A stretch of 62,709 nucleotides of DNA, filler included, from Collodictyon triciliatum (lineage: Eukaryota), in the NCBI GenBank assembly GCA_043381765.1. It is 7 parts of 7 records of this genome, joined end to end, with 100 filler letters (N's around TTAATTAATTAA, not from the genome) between each part and the next. Parts side by side here need not be neighbours in the genome. Positions count along the whole stretch, not along the records: positions 1 to 10,837 come from JBHJMP010002552.1; positions 10,938 to 21,763 come from JBHJMP010002553.1; 5 more parts are not named here. One strand, given 5' to 3'. Below the pieces are notes generated by a model. It was not told the DNA's origin, searched no databases, and was given only the letters and a program-made list of their open reading frames with translations. The position numbers were made by a program, and so were the translations under genes. Shown here piece after piece: positions 1 to 11,466 of this stretch; position 1 is the first letter of the stretch; every line of letters begins with the position of its first letter.

Positions 1-40
1 AAAAAAAAAAAAAAAAATAAAAAATTTTTTTTAAAAATAA

Positions 41-89
<49 letters not shown>

Positions 90-138
90 TTTTTTGTTTT
101 TGATTCTCGACAGACAGTACAGAATGATTTAATTATTT

Positions 139-1016
139 TTAACCTATAATGTTGACAGGCTCCAGATTTTTCTCGACTACTAATTTTTTGATACCAAAGA
201 AACCGAAACGGCCGCTCATGTATCCAGACAGGAGACCACCGATAGACCAAAGGCACAGGGCAGGCCCGAGGCCAAGCAGGCGAATGACAAGAGGGACAGA
301 GAGATTACCCAGAGCCCACAGAGAGCCTCCCAGAAGACCTACTCTCGCAAGCATTTTGAGGAGGGTTTAGTTTGTTTCCAAAGTCATTTGGGATATATTC
401 ACAAGATCGTTCGAATTTCAACATACTGGGGTGGTGCGACAATAGATATTCAAGAGCGAAGATTATGGTAGATTCTTCAAACAAAAAAGAAATAAAGTAA
501 AGACCAGTAGCCTCAAGATTCATTTCGTTGAAGAGCGTCACGAAGAACCCAACTACAAGGATACCCATGGACATAACCTTCATGTTGTGCAAAGGTAAAA
601 TTTTTTATCGTTTTCTTTGAATATGTCAAATTAAAGTTAGCACAGCATCTTAGTGCCTTACCTTGATCTATTATTTTTCATTTTATTTTATTTTTTCGCG
701 ATGTGAAAGTTATCAAGGAAAAAAATGGATAGATCAAAGTAGAACTAAAAATGGAATAATAATTAACCAACCCATGTGAACATGAAGCCATCCCCGGTGG
801 GGTAGTTTTTAGTTACGACCTGTGTAAGTTGTTTCAGATTGTTTTAAATGTACAAGCAAGTTAAAGGAATGGGCGCCCTTTATTGACTAATATATCGCAC
901 GTCCATACGTAGTTTGACCCGAGAAACAGCGCCGCAACAAAGATGCCGATCCAAGAAACATACTCTTCTCCAAGAAACTCATTAATTGATGAGCAATTTC
1001 CATCTGTCTCTTTCAT
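139..1016 (-). CDS. TMEM144: TMEM144-like multi-pass transporter (spliced, 3' part beyond contig end)
   Basis: Minus-strand exons read WIGIFVAALFSGSNY, VTKNYPTGDGFMFTW and GGSLWALGNLSVPLVIRLLGLGPALCLWSIGGLLSGYMSGRFGFFG, which match TMEM144 family motifs. Candidate ATG at 1016. Confidence 0.8.
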
Positions 1017-1732
1017 CTTCAAGGCTTCCCTTTTAGACAATACTCGTTATTTCTTTGGTTGATCTATGTAATAGAATCTGTATGTAATGCGCAACCACAA
1101 AAATATGAATGGCTTGTTTGTTTCCCGAGTCCGTATGTTAAGAAAGAAATAAAGAAAGAAAGAAAGAATAGGGAAAAGGGAAAAGGGAAAAGAAAAAGAG
1201 AACGAATTGAATTGTTTGAATATTTCTCTTTCCGAATAAGAGCTTGTATCTTCTTTTGTTCTTGGAGAGAGGGTCGGGGCTCAAGAAACAGAAAGAGACC
1301 TTAGATGTGGGAAAGCGACGCAACTAACAGGCACTCCAGCCAGATAAGTGGATTCATGGGCTGCTGTGGTGGTTGAGTCCCTTGAAACATAACACTGCCG
1401 CTGGCGTTGCTTGTTTGAACGGATTATACAGGCTACAAAAATTCTCAAGGGAAAATTAATTCAAAGAAATTAGCCCAATAATTCGCCCTGAGCGCGGAAA
1501 GGGTAATGAATTTGATTTGACAGTTTGCAGACTCGACTTCCGCTCAATTGATTTTGTTGCTATGGAAATCACATCACAATGTGAGTAAATGTGGTGGCCA
1601 CGCTGAGAGAGAAAGAGAGACTTGAGAAGAACAATAAAAAAAAACACACACACATTAATTACGAAAAGGTCTTTTTTACTGGGAAATAATTAGCATTGGG
1701 AGAGAAAAAGGGCACATTCTCTGAAAATAATA

Positions 1733-2165
1733 TTATTGCACTGGCGTTCTTTCCTTCTTCTCTCAACCCACCACATTCTGAAGCCGAAAAAAAAAACACG
1801 CAAGCGATCGGAAAGAGCGATCCTGAGAAGGACGAGAGCGCCACAGCCCTGCCCCATGGAACGCCTACTGATCGACGCAAAATGAGAAAGACGACAAAGC
1901 CGACCCAGAGAGCGAAAAGGTCACTTTACCAAATCCATTCACAACACAGGTTATGCACTGAGACACACCGACAATCAGGACGCCAGCTGCCACCGACCCG
2001 CGAGTACAACAAATAACTAATTATACGGAGCGAGCTATTTGAAACAAACAAATAAATAAATAATAAAGGGGAATAAAAATAGACGAATCGAGCTGAAGAC
2101 ATCAACCCACGGGTAGCAAGATAATTATGATTATAGTGATCAGTATTAGTTGCTCTGATTCATTT
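1733..2165 (+). repeat. Dispersed repeat family B, copy 1
   Basis: Colinear with the reverse complement of ~24120-24660, e.g. ACACGCAAGCGATCGGAAA and CAGGACGCCAGCTGCCACCGACC. Confidence 0.8.
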
Positions 2166-2176
2166 CTTTTTTTTCT

Positions 2177-2300
2177 TTCTTTTCTTTATCTTTTCTTTAT
2201 CTTTTCTTTATCTTTTCTTTATCTTTTCTTTATCTTTTCTTTATCTTTTCTTTATCTTTTCTTTATCTTTTCTTTATCTTCTCTTTATCTTCTCTTTATC
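2177..2300. repeat. 11-bp minisatellite (TTTTCTTTATC)n
   Basis: Tandem array seen directly; the same unit recurs at ~7047-7145. Confidence 0.9.
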
Positions 2301-3033
2301 TTTCCTTATTTATTTCTTCGGTCTCATTCAGCCTGTAAATGGATAAACTTCATTGCAAAGGTTGTGACGTACTTGGCTTTATCCCTTTCAAGACACTACA
2401 CTTTTTATACAACGAAAGTGTACCTATATATAGCGTTTTATTGCACAGACAACCACCGAATTAAGTCTGCATTGAAGAAAGCAGGAGCTTTGGTGAATCC
2501 AAGAAACAAACTGAATAATATAATTGTATGATTAGTATATGTAGTAAGGTTAAAAATACTTAATAATCTCATTCTATTCCTATAATCAATTTATGTTTTA
2601 TTTCCCATTTATCTATTAATATCAAAAATATTAAAAATGACGAACAAGCCGTTGTCTTGGCCAGACAGAACCCATCCTATAAACCTGTCACCAAACATGC
2701 GTTTCAAAAAAAAAAGCATACTATCCACACTTGCGGCGGTAATCATGTTGTTTGGAGCCGATATGTTGACTTTCAGTCGCAATGGCTATACGGCCGTCCT
2801 TTCGAACTCGCCGAATCGGCTCTCAGCGTTTTGTTTCGAATCACTTATAAAAAAAACTTTGTGTGTTTGTTTGCCACAAAGCACACATTTTGAGAGTCTC
2901 GGTAGATGCTTAATTTTACCTAAATTGATTTTGTGCATTTTTTTATTATTAAATCGATTGATTGACTAAAGTATTATTAAAATTGAAAACTCGGTAGTTT
3001 TCTAAAGGAAAAAGTAAAGCAAAGACTTTCAGA

Positions 3034-5040
3034 TGAAGAAAACGCCTTGATTCTGAGAATTTAGAGTCTGTAAAACCAGACAATTGAAATGTGAAAACAT
3101 CTCTAAAGTCGATTGTAAAGAATCCGGACGACTATCACGAAAACCAACGGTATGTTTTTATTGTGTCATAATTTGGTTACCGACACTTATCTGTTTGCAA
3201 GATGCTACATATTGAAATCACAACAGCTCCCAACAATCGATGAAATGTTTTTTTTTTTTTTTAATGCTTTAAAGACGGTCAATATAGTTTCACAAGATAG
3301 ACTCGCAGTTTTTTAAAAACAACAGATATGAGAGAAGACACGATGAATTTTTATCTCAATGATTTTCGATTCCTTTTGTCCCGAGAAGAACGCTTTCCGT
3401 TGGTTGGACTGTCTCGTGTATTACCGTACTTGGCGAAGCAAATGTTCACAGCTCATCATAATAACATTAAGGAACATTTTGTAAAGAGGTTACTGCGCTT
3501 TATAAATCAAACAGTACCTAAATATGAGAATATTATGGAAGCTATTAAAAAGGCAAAGTTATGAAACTTAAAAAAAGCCATCTTCAAGAATCTCGAAATA
3601 CCGGAACAATACAAAGGATTGACTACAACGCATTTGCTGTATCAGTCCCAGCGATATTGTAAAAGGTATCGAATATGACATCAAAGTCAATCCAAATAAG
3701 TGCATTCCATGTCTGATTTACATGAATCGCATTTTTGAGGACATTGGAACCAAACTGTTTCAACCAATCTCTATAAGAACTAACAATATACCATGTCATA
3801 TTACTCTAGATACTGCATGTTTGATAGATATATTTGTATTCTCTAGGAAAACATCATAAATGAAGAATATCTCAGGATGCAAAGAGACCCCATTGGATGA
3901 TTTCTTTGAAATGAAGAAGAGGGTCTTTCATCAAACAGACTGCAATATTTAATACAAAATACAAACAGACGGCTGGGTGGTGTCATTATTGTTTGAAATG
4001 AAAGGTTTTCAAATTCAAAATCCAAATTCATCAATAAAGGCCCAGCCAACATCCTCACGGTCCTGCACAAAAATTGAAAGGAAGAATAAAAAAAAGAAAT
4101 CAATAAAGGCCCGAGAATATGTTTATATAGATGAACTTTCCGAAGAGCAGTTATCTTTATTAGCAAAAAAAAAAAAAAATTGGAGTGGATGCAGGCAAGT
4201 TTAATTTGGTTTACATGGTGGATGAGACAGGTAAGAAATTACGCTACACGGTACGCCAAAGAAGACATGATAGCAAATCTCTTAAAAGTTACAAAATTCT
4301 CTTGCGCGAGAAAAAGAAAAGTACAATCGTTCAGGGATATTCATGACAACAGATTTACAAAGTGCTATTTCTTTGGGGTCACAGAACTTTTGAAGAGAAT
4401 CAGCAGTTTGAGACATCAAGAGTATCTTTAATCGATTTAGAGTCAGAACTGAGTAAACATAATTCATGCACGGTCTATTATGAAAAAATTTCGAAAATAT
4501 GTATCCATGAAATCAAGATACCAGATAGAACTATCCAGATTTTATGAAGACGTAACTTTTCGAAAGTTGGGATGGAGGCAGTATGTTAATACAAAAAGAA
4601 GTGAACAGTTGTTTATGGGCCGAATCGAAAAGAGATTTGGCAAGGATGTTGTTCTGGCGTATGGAGGCTGGAGCAGAAAATGTCAGGTGAAACATTTTAT
4701 GCCAACAATCGGAAGAGTATTACGAAAAATACCATCCTAACGTTTTGAACCAGTTAGTGTAAATGAATTTAGAACCCCCAAGATGTGCTGCAACTGCGAA
4801 AAAGAACTGGAATATATGAAACTGAAAGGAAATTCAAAAAAGGTGTATAGATGTCTCATGTGTAAAGAATGCAATCGCTCGAAAGCAAACAAAGTGTATT
4901 CTTGACAAGGGACTATAACAGCGCTAATGATATACTCAACTAAGTTCTTTTAACCCTTCAAAATATGCCTAAACACCTCTCTCTATAAAACAGGCTGTTG
5001 GGTCGTTCCTGGCAGTCTTCATCTACACGACTTCTGTGAA
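3034..5040 (+). pseudogene. Fanzor1 (TnpB-like RuvC nuclease), frameshifted and with stops
   Basis: Fragments read LPYLAKQMFTAHHNNIKEHFVKRL, LFQPISIRTNNIPCHITLDT, RuvC-I GVDAGK (D 4188-4190), YGGWS, RuvC-II VNEFRT (E 4765-4767), zinc finger CCNC..CKEC and RuvC-III RDYNSA (D 4911-4913). Confidence 0.9.
4044..4098 (+). mobile_element. 5'-truncated SINE tail inserted in Fanzor copy 1
   Basis: Perfect 14-bp TSD ATCAATAAAGGCCC (4030-4043 and 4099-4112). The insert matches the SINE 3' end and is absent from copy 2. Confidence 0.85.
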
Positions 5041-5109
5041 AAAAGTGGCGAGACCTTGGCTACGAGCGCGCCAACTTTTCCTTCATTACGAATGGCAAAA
5101 CCCATCTAG
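4985..5109 (+). ncRNA. Candidate Fanzor omegaRNA scaffold, copy 1
   Basis: 11-bp stem with 4 G-U pairs, AGGCTGTTGGG/CCTGGCAGTCT (4992-5018), plus a TGGCG/CGCCA stem. It lies at the ORF end and element right end, the usual omegaRNA position. Confidence 0.55.
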
Positions 5110-5780
5110 TCGAAGCATTTTCCGCGAACACCATTTTGTGGGCAGTTGTCGGCTATGCTAAGAACAGTATATTGTTAAGTCTAATATTGACATTTCATGA
5201 AAATCTACTCATGGGTGTAATTGTGGTCGAGGAATCAATTTTCATTTCTGGAATATTTAATATATACTACTTTTATAGCTTATCAGATTGATTTTTGAGT
5301 TTCTAATATTACATAATATAGCAAATATAAATCAGTATTATCNNNNNNNNNNNNNNNNNNNNNNNNNNNNNNNNNNNNNNNNNNNNNNNNNNNNNNNNNN
5401 NNNNNNNNNNNNNNNNNNNNNNNNNNNNNNNNNNNNNNNNNNNNNNNNNNNNNNNNNNNNNNNNNNNNNNNNNNNNNNNNNNNNNNNNNNNNNNNNNNNN
5501 NNNNNNNNNNNNNNNNNNNNNNNNNNNNNNNNNNNNNNNNNNNNNNNNNNNNNNNNNNNNNNNNNNNNNNNNNNNNNNNNNNNNNNNNNNNNNNNNNNNN
5601 NNNNNNNNNNNNNNNNNNNNNNNNNNNNNNNNNNNNNNNNNNNNNNNNNNNNNNNNNNNNNNNNNNNNNNNNNNNNNNNNNNNNNNNNNNNNNNNNNNNN
5701 NNNNNNNNNNNNNNNNNNNNNNNNNNNNATCCACAAGCTAATCATTTAGGTGTATATGTATTTTTGTGTTGGTTATTACC

Positions 5781-8700
5781 GTGTCAAGAATTGGAACCAA
5801 CGGCCACCTTGCATCAAGTTTCCAGAATCTCCATCGTGCTCTTGAATACAATTCATATCCCCATGACATGTTCCAAACTCACTTTGATGAATAAAGGGAC
5901 AGAGAAAAAAAAGGGAAAAGGGGACATTTAAGTGACAGAGGTGGTAGATAAATGACTCTGATAAGGGAAAGAAGCGAAAGTGCAGTTGGATAACTCAATT
6001 GCAAATCCTCTATATAATGTATTCATCTTTCTTATTGTTTTGAGGAGAAAAAGAAAGAAAAAAGAAAGACCTGACAAAGAGTGCATTTTCGTACTGTGAC
6101 CCGGCATTCGCCAAGAATCCCCAATGTTCCTCAAGCTGTGAAGCGAAAGGCTCATATTCCTGTAAATCACCCATTTATTTATTCATTTATTTGTGCATAA
6201 TGACTGTTTGGTTTTTAGACTCAAATTTTGTGTTTTATTTTGGATATTGATGTACAACTGCAATATATATATATATCTTCCATGTACAAGTATGTAAATT
6301 CTTATCATGTGATATTTAAATTTCTGAAATAAAAACCTTCCAGTCGGGATGCCACCAAGGATAATCGTGCGCCACATATACAACCTGCAAGATAGGATAC
6401 CGTGATATATGAACTTTTTTTTTTTATGAAAGATTTTAAGAAATAGAAACGAGCGATAAAATAAGGATCAAGCATAGACAAAAATTTGTCTTTACATGAA
6501 GATAGCTTGGGATGTCCAAAATAAATCGAACAAACAATATGAGGAGGGATACCTTATTTGGCTTGTTCAGGATGATCGGGTGGTCACGAACGAAACCAAG
6601 GCGAGACCCACTGAGAAGACCGGATGGCATGATGAGGATATTTGGGTTCTAATCATACGGCACGTTTTTACTCACCCACTTATATCGAAACTATTCTTGT
6701 GCATTTATATTATGAATTATTCGTGGCAAGCATATCTCGGAAGAGAAGGGGGATAGTTTGATGTACTCCTATCTTGATATTTGTGGATACCTGTTCATGA
6801 ATGGCATTTCCAACACGTGTGGCAGCGATTTGCCAATCAGTGAGGGGGTCACCATCTCCCCAGGATGGATAACGGCATTCTCGAGGTCTTGTATCATTGA
6901 ACCCACAACTATTACAAGCAGGAATGGATTATAATTTTTGATTTTCGTGTTTTTATTTGTTGGTGTTTTTTTTTTGTTTGCTTTTGCTTACTTGGTTTGT
7001 ATTATTTTTCCTCCTCTTTTTTTTTTGATTTATATTGATCCTTTGCTATCTTTTCTTTATCTTTTCTTTATCTTTTCTTTATCTTTTCTTTATCTTTTCT
7101 TTATCTTTTCTTTATCTTTTCTTTATCTTTTCTTTATCTTTTCTTTTTTATTCTCGACATGTGTGCATAAGATGTCGTTTTTATTGTAAACTCATATATT
7201 CATTCTACCTGAATCGGAGTTCATTTCGAAGCTCAGCGGCAATTACGTTGCGGCGAAGGCTGTGACGCTTAACCATATACACCCAATCGTTGACCCAAGA
7301 GTCATAGGAGTAACGCTTGTTGTACCAGAGACCGTTTTCATCATCAGGAAGGCTATGTTGTGGTTTGGTGAGTTGATGAATATGTAATAACTCCATCATC
7401 AAAGAAGGTTATGAGGATAGAATTTATAATAGAAGATTTTTTTATAAAGAAAATGGCATTAAGTAGATATTGTTAATAAGCTAAAGCTCCGAAAAAAAGT
7501 ATAAATGATAGTGAACAAAGGATTTTTTTTCCGATAGTGAACAAAGGATAAAAATCCATTTTATATGATCAGTGTCCACAGACCAACACCAATCGGCATC
7601 AGAAATATGATTGTCTAATATGACATAAACGCCTGCGTCGTTCAAAGCATCAACAACAGCGTCATAGACTTCTAAAGCCGTTTTTCCTAGGTTATGAAAG
7701 TCCATTAGCATAAATGAAAAAATAAATAAATTAAAATATTACGCAGTACGACTTGCTATTTGAAAATAAATTGGGCAATAGTATCTATTTTGTATTCGAG
7801 AGTTGGAATCATTGATACTGTTAGTTTTAAAAAAAAAAAATTTTTTAAAAAAAACCGATAAACTGTGGATTGGCCGCGACAAATTGATTCTCTACAATGG
7901 GATTTCTCTGAACCATCTCGTTTGACCTGAGCAGTTTGTTTTAGTATGCATAAAGTAGAGGCAGAGTGGGTATGGATTGTCACATAAATTTATTTCGCTC
8001 TATTTGTTCAATGGTATGAATGAAAATCGAGCTCATGATATGTAAGCACAATTACCAATTCAATCTGACAGTGTTGAACCCAGCCTCTTTAATGTGGCGC
8101 GCAATTTCATAAACAGAGTTCAGATGCAATCCATTAGGGACAAAGTTCATGCAGTGTGCTCCATACCTAGTAAGTCGCCATGATAACCAAATAATTTTTG
8201 ATTTACTTGAGTATAAGTTAACTTTCAACGAAGAAAAGATGAAAGGTCAAACCAATTCACGGCAGCCATCTTAACGCGGCGTCCGGTTGAATCGACAATG
8301 AATCGACCTTTGGTGCTCAGAGGCGGAACACCGTCTAAGGGCTGAGTGAAACGCTGCTCAGTCCCTAACACAGATAATGAAACGTGGTTTATATATTCGA
8401 AAGAAATGTATAGATACCGTATGGGCATGAAGATTATGTGAATGTAAGAAACTGTGTTTTAAGTAGTTTGATGAAATGTTCAAGAGGTGTAAGTAAAAAA
8501 AAAAAAATAGAGATAAAAACGTAGTTGCTATTAATAAAGGATAGGTGATGGAAAAGAGAAGAAATCGTAAGATCATTGTATGCGTTTGCAAATATTCGAT
8601 GTATTTTCCCCATCACATCCATTTTGTTATCAGCACATATATTAAAAGCATCATCTTATAATAATTAGATTCCTCCTTAGATTTAAATGTGAATCATCGG

Positions 8701-10255
8701 TAGCAGGAGAGAAGAACCTCTGCAGGTCCATTGAGCTATCAATTGCTTTCCACTTCCAGGACAAGGATCTCCTCCAAAGTGTTCGTTCGTAACTGTGAAT
8801 GAGCACTCTTGTTGGCCGATGCAACGCTCTAATACGGTCTATCCCCAAATATGGATATTTAAACAATGATAACATAAGATCACATATGTGGCTTGTAAAG
8901 AAAAAAACTGGCGATATAATTCTATTCAGCGTATTTCTTATTTGTCTAGGTACAAAATTGGATGCTGACTTATAAACGCAAGAATCGTTTCTAACATCGG
9001 TATGACTTTGTTGAATTTTTGTTTTTAACCAACAACGATTTAATAAAATTAAATTATGCTTTGGATGTGTACTCGCTAGGAGCGAAATTCACCTGCGAAC
9101 TAGGAGCATGACACGAACCCTGAGAGTAGCGACTACAGTACCCCTATATATGAGTGATAAATAGATGAATTTACTGATAAAAGGGAATGTGATAGGTCAA
9201 ACTGTGGCTATAGGATTATCCATGAAGATAATTCACGCAGTTATAAAAAAAACTTTTTCTTTTTCTTTTTCTTTTTCTTTTTCTTTTTCTTTTTCTTTTT
9301 CTTTTTCTTTTTCTTTTTCTTTTTCTTTTTCTTTTTCTTTTTCTTTTTCTTTTTCTTTTTCTTTTCTTTTCTTTTCTTTTCTTTTTTATATGTATATTTA
9401 TATTTATATTTTCTAATTTCTAATTTAAGGTAAGGGGATCTCGGGTAAAACTGAATCATAGAAACTCAGTTCGAAGAAAAGGGCACATTACGGAAAGAAA
9501 CAATGTTGTTATCATTCTTGTGGGTAAAAATGGTGATGTGCACATATGGAGGTATATGACCCGATTCCAGGAGTAGGTAGATAGATTAAACATATGATAA
9601 TCCAGGAAAAAGTGAATGGAATCTATATGTATCCTTCAAGTTTGCACGATTTTTAAAATAAAAATAGTAACATTGTGGTATGTAGCGCAAACTTTTCGTG
9701 TGAAGGGACATGTATAAAATGGGCCTCTCCAAGTGATTACTATCAAATAGTTGCAAACTGCGTAAGAGTATCACCTGTGCGTTTCCGTAGCTCGCAAAAG
9801 TTACCCCTGAGACTGCTGTGCCAGGAGTGCATGACATAGTGAAAGGGCGGCCTTCGCTGGCCATGCAGCAGCGGGTGGTTGTCTGACCTGTTATATTGCC
9901 CCGGCGGTCCGTGGGAAAGTTCAAAGAAAAAGAAAGAGAAAGGCGCACAAAGTATTATCAATACGATATGAAGTAATGGGATGCAGTCCTTGCTTTAATG
10001 CTTAAATACGTCTCAATCTCTAGGCTACGTAAGGTATAGTCAAGTATTGTGGATTATCGAAACAAGTATCATCTGTGGTGGTCAAAGAAAAGTATCGGTT
10101 TTTTTTCAATAAACTCATCCTGCTTTCTTCTTTTCCGAAAAAAAAAGAAGGACTAAGAAAGGTTGAGATATCATAGGTGCAGCTCGACAGAGTTGTGTAC
10201 CGTATGCGGAGCGCGCAGCCGCAGCAAGAAGGCAGAGAAGCAGGAATCCTTTCAT
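5781..10255 (-). CDS. Secreted SUEL-type (Gal/Rha-binding) lectin domain + glycoside hydrolase family 5, spliced
   Basis: Signal peptide MKGFLLLCLLAAAARSAYG (ATG 10255). Lectin exons CTPGTAVSGVTFASYGNAQ/GYCSRYSQGSCHAPSS. GH5 motifs PLSTKGRFIVDSTGRRVKMAAVNW, GFNTVRL, ILDNHISDADWC, AELRNELR (acid/base) and EFGTC (nucleophile). The 3' end runs into the N gap. Confidence 0.8.
7047..7145. repeat. 11-bp minisatellite (TTTTCTTTATC)n in GH5 intron
   Basis: Tandem array seen directly. Confidence 0.9.
9254..9385. repeat. (TTTTTC)n microsatellite
   Basis: Tandem array seen directly. Confidence 0.9.
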
Positions 10256-10744
10256 CCTGTCGAAGCTAGCGAGGGGAAGAGAATAAAATAAAAAAAATCA
10301 CTCATTAGGCGGGGTTCGTGTGTTAGTTGGCGCACATAGTCCAGGCTGCTAGCTCGCTCCATTCTGCTCTCCTACATGATTGACAGGTGACTCGTTTCAT
10401 AGCGCGACAGAACGCGGTGGTCTTCGCACCTTTATTGTTCGATTAGAAGGAGTTGATCTGTGTGATTCCGTTTGGGTGTATTTCTCGGTAGGGTCTTTCT
10501 CTCTGTGGCGCCGAAACTTTCACGGAAATGAGAGCGCAGCCTACGAGTTGCGTTTCACTTTTCAATATCTTTATATATGCCTAGAGCACTATGGGTATTA
10601 TTTCGGAAGTTCAGTATCCGTTGTTGACGGGAGGAAGGGAGATTGAGCCTTCGCTTTTGAATTGGGCTCTACTTTCAGCTTTCTCACTTCTCTTTCATAC
10701 CCTGAGGTCTCCTCTTTTGCCAAAGTTCCCTTCACTTTCGTTCC

Positions 10745-10751
<7 letters not shown>

Positions 10752-10833
<82 letters not shown>
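10752..10833. repeat. (TC)n microsatellite at contig end
   Basis: Tandem array seen directly. Confidence 0.95.
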
Positions 10834-10837
<4 letters not shown>

Positions 10838-10937
10838 NNNNNNNNNNNNNNNNNNNNNNNNNNNNNNNNNNNNNNNNNNNNTTAATTAATTAANNNNNNN
10901 NNNNNNNNNNNNNNNNNNNNNNNNNNNNNNNNNNNNN
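10838..10937. other. Artificial contig spacer (N44-TTAATTAATTAA-N44)
   Basis: The identical 100-nt spacer recurs at 21764-21863, 32684-32783, 43600-43699, 54505-54604 and 58724-58823. Confidence 0.95.
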
Positions 10938-10944
10938 AACGAAA

Positions 10945-11010
10945 AAAACACAACACCCCCCCTCGGTCCTGCACAAAATTGAAAGGAAGAATAAAAAAAA
11001 AAAAAAAAAA
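10945..11010 (+). mobile_element. SINE 3' end with poly-A at contig edge
   Basis: CCCCCTCGGTCCTGCACAAAATTGAAAGGAAGAATAAAAA is nearly the reverse complement of 26860-26905. Confidence 0.8.
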
Positions 11011-11351
11011 TCATTAAAATTCAAAAATTACAAACAAGCCCGTTGTCTTGGCCCAGACAGAACCCACCCTATAAACCTGCCACCAAACACGCATTTCAAA
11101 AAAGCATATCATCCACACTCGCAGCGGTAATAATGTTGTTTGGGGCCGATATGTTGACTTTCAGTTGCAATAGCTGTACGGCCAATCTATTCGAACTCGT
11201 CGAATCGGCTCCCATCGTTTTGTCTCAAATCATTTTTAAAAAAAAACTTTGCGTGTTTGTTTGCCACAATCGCACATTTCGAGGGTCTCCGTAGATGCTT
11301 AATTATACATAAATTGATTCGTGCAGTTTATTATTATTATTAAATTGACTA

Positions 11352-11378
11352 CACTTTGAATCGAATAAAGGAAAAAAA
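11352..11378 (+). mobile_element. 27-bp LINE 3'-tail micro-insertion
   Basis: CACTTTGAATCGAATAAAGGAAAA matches 22234-22260. Flanked by a 16-bp duplication ATTATTAAATTGACTA (11336-11351 and 11379-11394). Absent from Fanzor element copy 1. Confidence 0.85.
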
Positions 11379-11466
11379 ATTATTAAATTGACTATCTGGC
11401 TTAAGTTTTTTAAAAATCGAAAACTCGGTAGATTTCTAAAGTGAAAAGTAAAACAAAGACTTTCAG

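Larger units (their letters stand above)
2622..5109 (+). mobile_element. Fanzor-carrying non-autonomous element, copy 1 (Helitron-like ends)
   Basis: Colinear with 11011-13463 over its whole length. Homology stops right after TCTAGT (5105-5110). The 5' boundary is approximate (A^TC at 2621-2623). Confidence 0.8.

Noticed and set aside
1310-1415. Structured ncRNA near the TMEM144 5' region
   Set aside because: Only one 8-bp closing stem, no recognisable family and no second copy.
2127-2531. Hydrophobic or low-complexity ORFs (also 6938-7265, 9165-9459, 14228-14585, 24180-24526, 35062-35610, 54121-54399)
   Set aside because: Translations of microsatellites.
5288-5749. ORFs spanning N runs (also 37522-38220 and 42454-43326)
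   Set aside because: Artefacts of assembly gaps.
10882-10893. Recurrent TTAATTAATTAA palindrome at ~10.9-kb periodicity
   Set aside because: Synthetic all-frame stop spacer, not biological.
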